A stretch of 64,000 bases of DNA, taken from assembly GCF_964204645.1 (NCBI RefSeq), contig NC_134032.1:8358275-8422274 (forward strand), read 5' to 3'. Source of the DNA: Tubulanus polymorphus (Eukaryota; Animalia; Nemertea). Of the stretch, positions 38,301-50,789 are shown one piece after another (the stretch's first letter is position 1; the number at the start of each line of letters is the position of its first letter). A program made the translations under genes and the position numbers. Under the pieces are notes generated by a model. That model saw only the letters and a program-made list of their open reading frames with translations. It did not search any database and was not told the DNA's origin.

Positions 38301-41300
38301 TTTAGCAACGGACTTTTTGCGCGTTGCCAATTTTACAAAAACTGAAAATTCAAACGATTGAATTTATGTGTTAATACCAGTTTATTTGACGTCTTAATCA
38401 GTTGGATAGCAGGCACAGAGTGATGATAATTAGTTACAGTATATACAGAATAGAATCAAATATTATACTACTTGATTACTCATACTTCATCAGATCGTAA
38501 CTGAGATTGTCCTAAAATGACTTTTCTTTAACTACATACTTAATACAAAGGCCTATTTCTACAAACAAATAATCATTAGCCGTCATTTTAGATTAAATAC
38601 CTAATCTATAAAAATTGACTCTCAGTACCAAATGTACGTGTTACATAAAGGTCTGATTTCTCAGCTAAGCCTAGGTACACATTTATGCCAAAACATATAT
38701 AAGATTTAACTATGAAAAATGGATGTAACTCACCTGAAAATTCAAACGATTGAATTTATGTGTTAATACCAGTTTATTTTACGTCTTAATCAGTTGGATA
38801 GCAGGCACAAAGTGATCAAATCTGTGCTGCCAAAAACCAAGTTGATTAAGACACTCCCATCAAGAAATTAGTGACCAAAACTTCTAGCGATTGGTTCATC
38901 CAAATCTTAATGACCTATTAAGACACTAATTACCTGATGAGAGCTAAACTAGTTGCGAGGGCAGGTGAGTTGAGAGTTGTTTATATTGCTATTACATCAC
39001 TTATTCAAAAATAGTGCCAGTTCGCTAGGCAGACAAAATACTCAATAAACAAGACAGCCTACTTGAGCTGCCAAAACGGTATCCGGGTAAAAGTGACAAA
39101 GACTAAGGGTTAGATCCATTAATGGACATAGGAAAAATCTACAAATATGTTTTCTTAGCTACAAATGACCTGGCAAAATATTGATTACAATATTTAAACA
39201 TAAAAACACAATCCGCAGTTCCAGATAAAAATACTCCTTGCTAAACTCTCCCACACTATATTCAAGCTTTTGTCCACAAAAGCAGAAAATCAACACACAA
39301 GCCTAGGGAGGTAAAAATATAAAGTCATCTCATTCAACATAAGTCCTGCAATATATCTCTAAAAACTTACATTCCTATTCCATTGCATAATTCTTATAAT
39401 ACTAAAAGGGTAAATACATGGCAAAACATCAGCAACAATCAACATAATCACCTAACAATAGACAGTGACTCATCGATATTGTTATATTAGAAAAAATAAC
39501 CCGAATCCAGGTGTAGTAACATTAATAATCCTTATCATATAAAAATATGAAATACTCATCAAATGATAGATATAGTAAAAAAAAATTCACAGATACAGAA
39601 AAATCACCGCCACCATTTAGCTGCAACATCGGGGCATTAAAAAATACTATAAAACATAGGATATACATTTTTTTTTTTTTTCATAATATAACTATGTACA
39701 ATGATCTGTACCATGAAAGTAATACAAGTTCCATCACATGGGTAAATAGTACGCCAGATCCATATTATACTCGAAAACTTGACATGTAGTATTTTAACTG
39801 AAGGTAACCCTTGACGGAATATAATTAATCAATAACCCAACAAAATTTAGACAACCACAGATTCATTCTCTTTGAAGACGCATTGCACAAAATTCAAGAT
39901 AACCGTCACGACGATTCAAGTTGACCGGTGTGGGGTGGCAACTAACGGACAGCGTAAGTTGTACCAGATCCAGGCGGACACGAGAGAAACATCCCGCACG
40001 AGATAAGTCAGAGCTCACCAAGGGAAGAGACTAATCACGAAACATACTTCAACAAATTCCAGTATTCGAAAAATCGTTCCACCTAATAAAAAGAAATTCA
40101 ACCTAGGAGTATGACACCTGCTATTTCAAGCAAGAGACCGGAAAGGAGAGTTGTGCGCATAACTCATAGCACATATTAGTTGTCTCTTTCGTGCCAAACT
40201 CCTAAAAAAAAAAATACTCCAATCACAGGTGAAACAGCAAAATCGAGTTATGATCCCTTGAAACAGGACCTTCGTTTTCGCGTTTTACCCTGTCTCGTGT
40301 GGGTACGGAAGAACTCGTCCTTGGCCGCCTGGGTAAGATTATCAGAAGGTTGCCACGAATTTGGAGATTTATCGGACCATTTTACATAGCAGAGGTGTCT
40401 TTCAAATTCTGTTGAAACTGCTCGGCGATGACGGTCGTAAGAGCCTGCAATTTCTCCACAGCAGGATCCGTTGAAGTTGCAGCAGCGGCTACAACAGGTG
40501 TAGATAACGGCACGAAATTGCTTGATTTTTCGACGGTCAGGGCGATTTTTCGCAGTTTCGGCATACTATCGGGCAAATGTCCAGCTACAGTCGCCGCAAT
40601 TCGTGGCTGTAACCCTTGTATTGCCCGCGAAACGATTTGTTGCGGGGTCAGTGACGATTGTGACGCGAGAATGTCGATACGGTTAAGATAATCGTTCACC
40701 GACTCGTTTTGCGCTTGCATAATATTGGTCGTAAGCAACTGGTCCTCCAACGGCTGAAAGCGCTCTTTCAGTGCCGCTTTTAACTTATTGATATCTAGTT
40801 GGTCGGCAACCGGGAGGCTGTTCTTGATATTGGCCGCATGGTGCCCTAAATGATACCAAAACACATCGACGTGTTTCTCCGCTGGTACGTTGTTCAGCCT
40901 GAGATATTGGTCGAAACGATCCAACCAGGCTGGTACATTGGTACCATACCCGACGCCAAAATAATCCAAACTAACTTTCGGCATATTGCTTTGTTCGTCC
41001 CGTACTAACGCGTGCGCCTCCTGATTGTCCGTGCTGTGCACACGTATATCGACGGGCTGCAGACTTACCGGAGAGCTCGGTACAGCCAAACTCCAGAGAG
41101 GATCGTTCCTCGAAGTCGTCGATCTTGTTATCCTGCCGTTGTTTTGTGCTACCGAGCGAGGATTCATTTGCGAGAGGTTTCGGAAATCGTTAAAGGGTTC
41201 TCACCATTTTAGCAACGGACTTTTTGCGCGTTGCCAATTTTACAAAAACTGAAAATTCAAACGATTGAATTTATGTGTTAATACCAGTTTATTTTACGTC

Positions 41301-42081
41301 TTAATCAGTTGGATAGCAGGCACAGAGTGATGATAATTAGTTACAGTATACACAGAATAGAATCGAATATTATACTACTTGATTACTCATACTTCATCAG
41401 ATCGTAACTGAGATTGTCCTAAAATGACTTTTCTTTAACTACATACTTAATACAAACGCCTATTTCTACAAACAAATAATCATTAGCCGTCATTTTAGAT
41501 TAAATACCTAATCTATAAAAATTGACTCTCAGTACCAAATGTACGTGTTACATAAAGGTCTGATTTCTCAGCTAAGCCTAGGTACACATTTATGCCAAAA
41601 CATATATAAGATTTAACTATGAAAAATGGATGTAACTCACCTGAAAATTCAAACGATTGAATTTATGTGTTAATACCAGTTTATTTTACGTCTTAATCAG
41701 TTGGATAGCAGGCACAGAGTGATCAAATCTGTGCTGCCAAAAACCAAGTTGATTAAGACACTCCCATCAAGAAATTAGTGACCAAAACTTCTAGCGATTG
41801 GTTCATCCAAATCTTAGTGACCTATTAAGACACTAATTACCTGATGAGAGCTAAACTAGTTGCGAGGGCAGGTGAGTTGAGAGTTGTTTATATTGCTATT
41901 ACATCACTTATTCAAAAATAGTGCCAGTTCGCTAGGCAGACAAAATACTCAATAAACAAGACAGCCTACTTGAGCTGCCAAAACGGTATCCGGGTAAAAG
42001 TGACAAAGACTAAGGGTTAGATCCATTAATGGACATAGGAAAAATCTACAAATATGTTTTCTTAGCTACAAATGACCTGGC
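38301..42081 (-). mobile_element. Ty3/Gypsy LTR element lacking pol (gag + integrase chromodomain tail only)
   Basis: ~863-bp LTRs at 38301-39163 and 41208-42070 (offset 2907, about six differences). A TGG-starting PBS-like sequence directly follows the 5' LTR (41206 downward). No PR, RT, RH or IN core. Confidence 0.88.
40382..41167 (-). CDS. Gypsy Gag (capsid-like), truncated by the internal deletion
   Basis: WLDRF, LKAALKERF, Q..NESVNDY..R and IQGL retrotransposon-gag motifs. Confidence 0.8.
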   Translation of the reverse strand: MNPRSVAQNNGRITRSTTSRNDPLWSLAVPSSPVSLQPVDIRVHSTDNQEAHALVRDEQSNMPKVSLDYFGVGYGTNVPAWLDRFDQYLRLNNVPAEKHVDVFWYHLGHHAANIKNSLPVADQLDINKLKAALKERFQPLEDQLLTTNIMQAQNESVNDYLNRIDILASQSSLTPQQIVSRAIQGLQPRIAATVAGHLPDSMPKLRKIALTVEKSSNFVPLSTPVVAAAATSTDPAVEKLQALTTVIAEQFQQNLKDTSAM

Positions 42082-43199
42082 CGCTGGGGTCTGGGTGCCC
42101 TCCCCAGAAAAATCTAAAGAGATAATTATCATCTTTTAAAACGTGAATCATCTTTTAAACGTGAATCATCTTTTTAATCTCATTGTTTAAGTCATCAAAC
42201 AACTGGCTTCCACCGTAAAAACTAGTTTCATATAGCAAATATATACCTGTCCACCGAATAGTACAAGCGTTGGTGGAAAGTAGGTTAACATAAATGCAAG
42301 AGTGCGATATCGTGCCATGCCGTTTGTGGTACTGTCGATATGTGACACCAACTCAGGACACAGGCTTCCGTCACGCGCTATTCGCATTTTTCGTATGCGC
42401 TTTTTTGCGTGCACATGGAATGAAACATCACATTTTCCTCAGGTGAGGTCACACGATATGCGCTCGTATTCACGCAAATCGTCTCGCGTATTATGTCGAA
42501 TGATTCAGCCGCGTGCGACGATGAACTAAGTATTCCAGATAACTTCATACAAAGTGTAACTTTCCTGCCGATTATCATAACAATCGGTATTTTCCTGAAC
42601 AGTCTGAACATTACTATTCTCAAACGCCAGTCATCGCAGCACAGGTCGCTGTTTCTCCTCAGAGCGTTAGCCGTTGCCGATATTTCTTTTCTGGTCGTGA
42701 AATTTTTTCGCGAATTCTTACGTCAATTGCTGAACGTCGCGGTCTATGGACCCGCGTTTCAAAACAAAATGGAGACAAGACAAAATGGAGAAAGGCTCCA
42801 GTGAAAAATTTTTCGGATTCTATATGCTGTATTTTCCAATGGTGATCTTTAACCGATCGACTAAGTTGACGAGGAACTGGATAACGGTGCTGATAGCTAC
42901 GGAACGAGTTGTTAGTCTCGGTTTCCCGTTGTTCGCCCAGGCTCATATAACCGAACGCCGTTTATATGTTTGTATTTGTATACAGTATGTTTTATTCGCT
43001 TGTTTCGCCATTGGATTCATGTTAAATATAGGACATTCTACTTATGGGTTTGATGTCTGTACGGGAATTTACATTCCATTGCTCACCAAAAGGAAATTAA
43101 ATCGAGTAGAAAATTCCGTTTATTATGGTGGCTGATAAGGGCCATAGCGTAAAATTCCTGGTATGTAAATGAGGGCGCCAGAACGCAGAAACGAAAAAA

Positions 43200-43525
43200 A
43201 AGTCCAGTTTTCTCTGAAAGTTCGTTTTTGCGCGCCAAAACGGACAATTTTCCGTTTTGGCGCCCCCGCCAAAACAAACTTTCATTTTGGCGCCCCAAAA
43301 CAACGAAAAACGTCGAAATTTCTCTAAAATTTCGTTTTGGCGCGCCAAAACGGAGAATATTCCGTTTTGGCGCCTCCGCCAAAACGAACTTTCATTTTGG
43401 CGCCCCGGCCAAAACAACGAAAAACGTCGAAATTTCTCTGGAAGTTCGTTTTGGCGCGCCAAAACAAAGAAAATTCCGTTTTGGCGCCCCCGCCAAAACG
43501 AACTTTCGTTTTGGCGCCCCGGAAA
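43200..43525. repeat. Left subterminal array (~115-120-bp higher-order unit) of TTTTGGCGC..CGCCAAAA motifs
   Basis: About nine palindromic or quasi-palindromic motifs, mirrored at the right end. Confidence 0.9.
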
Positions 43526-43599
43526 CGTGTCTACTCCAGATGCTGACATACAAATTATGTACATACGCATACGTACTCGTGCACGACCGCTTAATTATA

Positions 43600-45893
43600 A
43601 TGGACACCGTTCGGTCTTGTATCCTTTTACGTAATAAAGACCAAGTTGCTCAACGGTCGATTTTGCTGTTGATCTTGTTGATGATCTTAACAGATTCCTC
43701 TAGTTGATGATACTGTTAGGAAGCTTTTTGCAGATGGGTTCACAAATGCAGAAATGAGTATTGCCATGTTATTTAACTTTGGAATAACTATTAGGTACGT
43801 ATATATATATACGTAGCTGCAGACAATTGAAATCTATTCTTAGACCATCTAAATGTAGGCCATGGAACAGTGAACGCCACCTCAAACGACAATTGAATAG
43901 GTTAGGTTTGAAAAGGAACAACAATTACGTTCTCAATGACGTAACCGCTGCAGTCGAGGAAAGTAATCCGAATTTTTGAAGTGATGCTTATATCTGATAG
44001 AAATTGAAAATGTCTTTTGGGTTTAAGATTATGTTCTCTGCATTATTACAAGTTGAGCTTGCTGGCAGCGGATGTTGCATGGGATATCGTGCTATGTCAC
44101 AACGTCTCCGTCAACGCTACGGAATAATAGTCCCTAGGTAAGATGTATGATCGGGTGGCTACCTACACGGTTAATTCCTGACATGATAAATGAGGGCACT
44201 AAAGTACCAAAACGCCATTAAAAAAAACTTAATTTCTCGAAAAATATTTTTTTGCCAAATTGAAGAATTGTCAGTTTTGTTACTCCTGACAAAAAGAACT
44301 TTCGAATCGGCCAGCATATGTATAAATGTGTATTTGATTGATGTAAGACCTTTAAGATGAGATCTGGATCACTTCACTCATTTGTTATATGATTGTTTAC
44401 TTCTAGGTCTCTAGTTTCCAATATCCTTCAGAATTTAGACTTCGAAGGAGTACAGAATAGGACCCATGGAGTTTTAAGACGACGACGTTACTTTAAAAAG
44501 GGTCCGAATTATCTTGTCCATCTCGATGGTTATAACAAGCTCAAGCCTTTTGGTTTCCCGATTCATGGGTGTATAGATGGGTAAACATAATATATAATTG
44601 ATATATCCTAAAAGATATTATTTCCACCTATCAACAGCAGAATAGTAAATACGTAAACGATAGTAAATAATTAGAGGCGTCGTTTACAATCTGGCTGTAT
44701 TCAGAACTGCTTTCTTGGATGCTTTAAGTTCAGAATTTGGTTTGTCGAACATGTTCATAATCACAGTCTATATTTAAAAGATTTTCCCGACGAATCCTTT
44801 GGTTAAGAGTTGGAAATACTAATAATGACCCAGAGGTGGTTGCGTGGTACTTTTTAGATTTCGTTCAGGACATTGAAGGTAGATAGAATTGTCATACATA
44901 AATACACAATGTGCCGAAATTATGCCTGTGAAAAATTATCTGTTATCAATCGACGATTAAGATAATACTCTGACCATCATCTTTATATCATCATTCAGCA
45001 GTTCCTCGCTGCATCCGTATGGACGCTGGAACCGAAAATGGCAGAATTGCAGCGATTCAGAAGGCCTTTAGAGCAGAATATGACGACGAAACGTGCGTTC
45101 TTGTGGGTAGATCTACGAGTAATCAGGTTCGTGGAGTCATTAATATGGGTAGATTTGGACAATCTCCATTTCTGCGCTAGAACCAACTTAAGATACTTCA
45201 AAACTCACCAATTATTTTATGTTTCTTTGTTTTAAGCGCATTGAACGATGGTGGCGAAGTCTTCGAAACGAAGTTGTTCAGTTTTGGATGAACATATTTA
45301 AAGATATGGAGGAAAATGGAAGTCTATCTACCGCGGACGTTGTGCACATGTAGGTTAAATACCCGCCTTTAAAGCGCGTGGCGATTTTGTGTGCTCCACG
45401 TAGTAATTTCCCTTTCTCCAATATTTTTCAGTCAAACCTTAAGATATTGTTTTTTTGATTTGATAAATGCCGATCTTTAGGATTTCGTGCAGGAGTGGAA
45501 TACACATGCCATCAGGCCTCAACGAAATGTGGATGTTCCACCCGGAAAACCTGATCTATTATACTTCTCGCCGGAATATTACGGTACGAAATACGCTGTA
45601 TAAAAATGAGCATAGGTTTCTAAGTTTACGATGTTTTTATCACTTCTTGATAATACGAAATAATATTTTCAGGCACGATAGACTACAAATTTCCAGTGGA
45701 CGCTGGACTACTTCAGCAAATTCGAGAGGAATTTTGTAGTAAGCCGAATGAATCGAGAGGCTGTGATCCGGACTTTTCAGCGATGTGTGATCTTATAACG
45801 AGACAGGGACAACAATCAAGACCGACATCAACCCCAGAAGCCGCTGCTTTGTTTGACTGGCTATTAACTCAATTCAGAGAGCATACATGTTAG
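43600..45893 (+). pseudogene. Spliced IS3/integrase-like DDE transposase with N-terminal HTH; one premature stop
   Basis: Exons ~43600-43608 (putative), 43694-43794, 43871-~43960, ~44053-44137, 44407-44580, 44781-44878, 44999-45126, 45237-45349, 45432-45583, 45673-45893. They join to give GPNYLVHLDGYNKLKPFGFPIHGCIDGFSRRILWL..PRCIRMDAGTEN..GRSTSNQRIERWWR..WNTHAIR. In-frame TAG at 45478-45480. Confidence 0.88.
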
Positions 45894-46691
45894 AATCATT
45901 TTTATACGTATCTGTCCTGCACGGTTATGTGTTGTCTGTTCATGATGGATTTCGAAGATTCAAATATATCTATGATATACGTTACGCGTTGAAAAGAATA
46001 TGATTGTAATTTTTCATGGATTCATGCGACTGTTTGGGCTTAGTAATACATCATACTAACACTACCCATGTTTTAATTCGCTATCCAACCCCATCTCAAG
46101 TAGGTGTCTCAGAAATAGCATACACGTGCCATCAATTTACATGGAGAATTATCTGCGAAAGCGTACTCCAGTATCCGCTATTCTCAAAACGCTTCAGAAT
46201 AAATTTGCGTATGGTTCAAAAAGACTTTGTATTAATATACTTATATTATATGTTATAATTTCTTCGAAAAATAAAGATTATTATTATTATTATTATATTA
46301 TATTATTATTATAAGATGTATTTTTGATTAAATTTATTTTGAGAAAGTTCTATGAAGCGGTTGTTTAAAAAGTGGTCTTATGGACAAGTCACATATCTTT
46401 CATCCTCGCATGTCAGGGGTCTGGTATCGCACCCCGAACTCGTTTCCACCACCCCCTGGCCTCACGACGCGTGATTTCATTACTGGCTGAAATACCTCCT
46501 TGTACGCTGATTGGTCCATTTAACGGGAAAACCAACAGAAGCCTATAATGTCGTTTGCTTAAAGCGCTGTGATTGGTACGACCGAATTCTGGTCGGCTAG
46601 TAACGACTCCAACGACTCGCGAGGTCAAGTGGTTCGGGGAACACGGCTTTAGCTTAGTGAATTCGATTCCCACGACAGGTGAAGATGCATA

Positions 46692-46865
46692 CATTGAAAC
46701 CTCGTTACAACGAACCTCTGGGGACCAGAAAATATTGTTCATTTTTACAGATATTTCGTCATATCCAGTGTGAAATTAATCAAATTGTCTAATGTGGGAC
46801 ACAATCTTGTATTTGTTATGTCCGATGAATCGTTGTATCCCACTTAGTTATAACGAGTTCCACTG
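46692..46865. mobile_element. Tigger/pogo-like MITE inside the IS3EU-like element
   Basis: TA flanks; TIR cattgaaacctcgttacaac / gttataacgagttccactg. Confidence 0.65.
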
Positions 46866-47575
46866 TATCTCTATATGAATGTGCAATTTTGACAGTATAT
46901 AATTTAATCGTGTTCGAATACGTGCCAATGACACTTTCGTACCACGATATCATTTGCAGCTCAAGTGAAAGTGAGACACCATGAAAGAACGAAAACGCAA
47001 TGAAGTGAAGATATTTGAATATTTTAATCGAAGTATCAAAGTTTCTCTTAAAAGCCTTAAAACATTATCTACGTTTTAATACCGTGTTGATACAATATAT
47101 CAATATGTACTTAAAGATGATTGTCTTACAATTTCGAGACAAAACATAACTTGACAGCAGAGAAGTGGCACCCCCAAATCGCCCTGTTTTCAATACAAAC
47201 AAAAAACGTATTTGGTCATGATTGATGCCCTGATTTGAAACAACATATATAAGGAGCAAGTTTAACAGCTCTCGGTAAGGTTTGACTCGAGAGTTAAGTC
47301 GGTTTTTTTTCAATATTTCCAATGCTTTAACTCTAGAGTCAAACTTAACCGAGAACTGTAGAACCTGGTCAAAATGCACTGCATGAATAATTACTTCTAT
47401 CATTAAAAAGATCGTCACTAAGTAATTCTATGATAAAAGAAACGACATCAGGGCTGGCAATATTAAAAATAAACACACCACTTTTGGCCTAAACAAAAGA
47501 ACTTAAACACGTTTTGATCCAACTTTGAAAATATGAAAATTACGTGGATTACGTCATTTCGTTTCTAGAATAATT

Positions 47576-50101
47576 TTATACGACGTCCATAACCCAAACA
47601 TTGCTCTGGAGAATATTATCGAATTCTTGTTTCAGTTCGACGTATTCGTCATATGTTTCTGGTAACTCCAATATCTGGGCACATGTTCGAGCAACTGGAG
47701 CTCGTTGGAAACCGTCTACCTTAGTAAAGGTCACGTCAATCTTTTGGCAGTTACAGATGTCAGAACCAGTACAATAGCGGAGGAACTTAGACAACATGCT
47801 TTCATCCAATGATCTGACATATCTCTTCAGTAACGTAGCAACATTTGACTGAGGAGCTGACAAAACGTTTGGAAAAGAAAGTAATTCTACCACTTTGCGA
47901 CAGGAGGGTTTAAGATCGAGGTACTGTTTATATGATATTGTTACATATTTCTGTATCATAGGTTTTATACAATCAACTATAAATCTCGGCTTTTGCACCA
48001 ATTCCTGGTGACTAATTTCCCGAATCAACATGGAGAAGTTCTCCTTCGTAGGAAGTTTCCGACATTCATATCCCCCCAGTATGTCTATTATCTCTTCGAC
48101 GTCATTTGCTTCATCATCGAAATTAGCCAATGCGCGTCGAAATACCAGCTCCTCAGACGGAGAAACATATTTCAGGAATGATTCGACCAAGTCTATACTA
48201 TCATCCTGCTGGAAGAGCAATTCGGAAACAAATGGCTGCGCGAGGAATATTGGGAAATATGATGTTTCCTGAAATCCTTTACTGATGATGCGTCCTACAG
48301 CCTCCCATTTCTCTGTGCCATAATCATGGCGTATGAGAGGGATCATCTGACTACTACCCGTCATACATTGACAAGACACTCTCGAAAGACACCGTGTTCT
48401 TCTCCGGCTTCAACATTTCCATTAGGGAGTATCATTCGAGCATTTATTATTTTCCCCATCACCGATGCATCACAAAAAGCGTTTATCATATCTTCGACCA
48501 TGGCTGTTCTGCGAACCAGAAGGTTGTATACTTCCCGTTCAATGCGATTAATCTCTTCTTGTGATAACTCGCCACTCGTCTGTACGCTGAATTGAATTGT
48601 AGGCGTATCAGGCTGTATCAATTCGAAATCATTAAAGTTGATATCTGCTATACCATCACGGGAATGTGTATCATTTGCACCCGTATGTATGCCAACAGCA
48701 CCGGTAGGCACATAACCAGACTGAATCCCGGTCGCAAATAGAGTTGAAAGTGTATGGGCAGATTGGGTATGCGTAGTTAAAACGATAGGTTGAATATCAC
48801 TACTAGCCGAAATTGTAGATGAGGCTGCTGGCGTAAACGACAATGCCGGTTGCATCAACGAAAACATAGGTAAAGTTGACTCAGAAATCGGTGGCTGGTG
48901 GGTATTAGCAAGAAAGGATGACATGGATGGCAAGGATGTTTCATCATCACTATCGTCAACTAAAACAGTTGTGTGAAGATAGAGCCTAATAGGGTTTGTT
49001 TTATGTGCTGCGATGTAGGCCTCTAGACCAAAAACATTACCACACTCAAGATAATCACATAACCGATTACCATTGAAATTTGCTAAGTAATAGCTCACAT
49101 CATTGATTTTTAGGTTCATCGCATTCGATTTGCCGTCTGGAAAAAATAGGTTTAAGAACTCCATGGTTAAGGCCGACAAGTTCATTTCTTTTTTCAGGTC
49201 CAAAGGTCCCGCTTTTGATGGCGTGTTTCCAACCTAGTTTTATTCGTCGTGTATCTTTCTCTGCATTTTTTGTCGTCATTGATTTCTTGGTGCCGGCCTT
49301 CCGTTTTTGAAATTGCGTTCTCAACCTGCACAAAACACTAGATGATCCTGAAAATGAAATAATAAAGGAAAGTGTTATATATTTTAAGTAAACAATTTAC
49401 AAATTTGTAAAAAGATCCATTGATCGCAGACCCGTCGTAAGTCGAATCGCAAGGATAGAACAAGTTCTATTTCAGCGATGAGTTATGCGTCAAATGACCT
49501 TTGGACTCGGCGATGATTGAATCGTTGTCGATCTGACTGTGACAAACGAATCGCCAATAGGCGGTCACGTGTTTACTACCGCTGTTTTTACGACGAGATG
49601 GTCGTCGTAAGTCGACCTCAGCTTAGCTTAATCACGAGAAATAGGAACAAGCCTGCATAACCTCTCTAAAAGTATAACCCTCTGATAGCACAATCTCATG
49701 GACAGGAATTGAATTAGCGTAACGGTCAGTGACAACGGTCATGAAAGTTGGAATTAAGCACGTGATTTATCTTAAAACTCAAATTATTACCTGCACTAGA
49801 CACATTTTCATCTTCTTTAGGCTGAGAATTTACTATCCTACACCTATTCCTTAGCCGGACTCTATCCCCGATAGCTGTAACTTCTGCTGCTTCAAAATCA
49901 CTATCTGTCATGGTCGTGACGTCACTAACACCTATCTGGATGAGAAATTAAAATATGATACATTTTCAGAAGTTATGGCCCTATAGCATTACCAATCGGG
50001 GCAAGTCTGTGTATACATAAAGTATTGAAACACGGTACCTTATTTTCGAGAAACTTTGCAATGTATTGACCTAATCCCAATTCTAGGAGTGTGTTGTCCA
50101 T
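47576..50101 (-). pseudogene. SAM-domain + HECT-domain E3 ubiquitin ligase (G2E3-like HECT) with two frameshifts
   Basis: Exons 50101-50039, 49935-49791 and 49347-47576 with GT-AG introns. SAM: LLELGLGQYIAKFLENKIGVSDVTTMTDSDFEAAEVTAIGDRVRL. HECT: EAGEEHGVFRE, FLRYCTGS, P.ARTC..ILELPETY..LKQEF with the catalytic Cys. Frameshifts at ~49203 and ~48370. Confidence 0.85.
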
Positions 50102-50789
50102 CTGTAAAGAAGACATTTACGAATTAACGCCATTGAATGATTATAATTCATTAGTTTTCACTAATGCAGACCGAGCAAAATAATCGTCGCTTACAATGAT
50201 TAGGCAGTACGAGAGAAACGGTTCACGTCGAAAACTTAGAATACTACCAGTACGTGTTATATTGCCTGCGCATACCAGAGAACGACATCGGTTTTTTTGA
50301 TAAGTTTTCAGCCGCCGAAAATCAACCGATTTTTAACATATATTGGCATATGAAAGAACAAAGTTTATGAATAGGCCTATGTGAGCTAAGCAATGCGAGG
50401 CAATGTATAGGATTTAAATGATACCAGGGGCTGATCCAGCATTTTTTAAGGAGTGGGGGTCGAGAGGGTACGGTGGTGCTCTGCTGGTCATCCCGAGAAA
50501 TTTTAAAAACTTAGTCCCATTTTCATGCTTTGTAAGCGTTTTTAGGCGCTACTTGATCATCTCATACATTTAAGATGTAGGCCTAACATGTCTACTTTGA
50601 AAAGTAGTTTTCCAAGTGGGAGGGGTTCTCGAGGACCCAAAGCAACCCCTGCATTTAACCCTGAATAGGCTACATACCTGTTCGTTAGTCCGTTAATGTA
50701 TACACCACCACCATCGACAACGATATGTATTATCACGTATACCTAGATCCGACTCGTAACAAAATCGAAGGGAGACGAATCGGATTTTC

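Noticed and set aside
43083-43707. Overlapping repetitive ORFs (FWRGRQN / APKRN), also at 50725-51462
   Set aside because: These are translations of the palindromic subterminal repeat arrays of the transposon, not genes.
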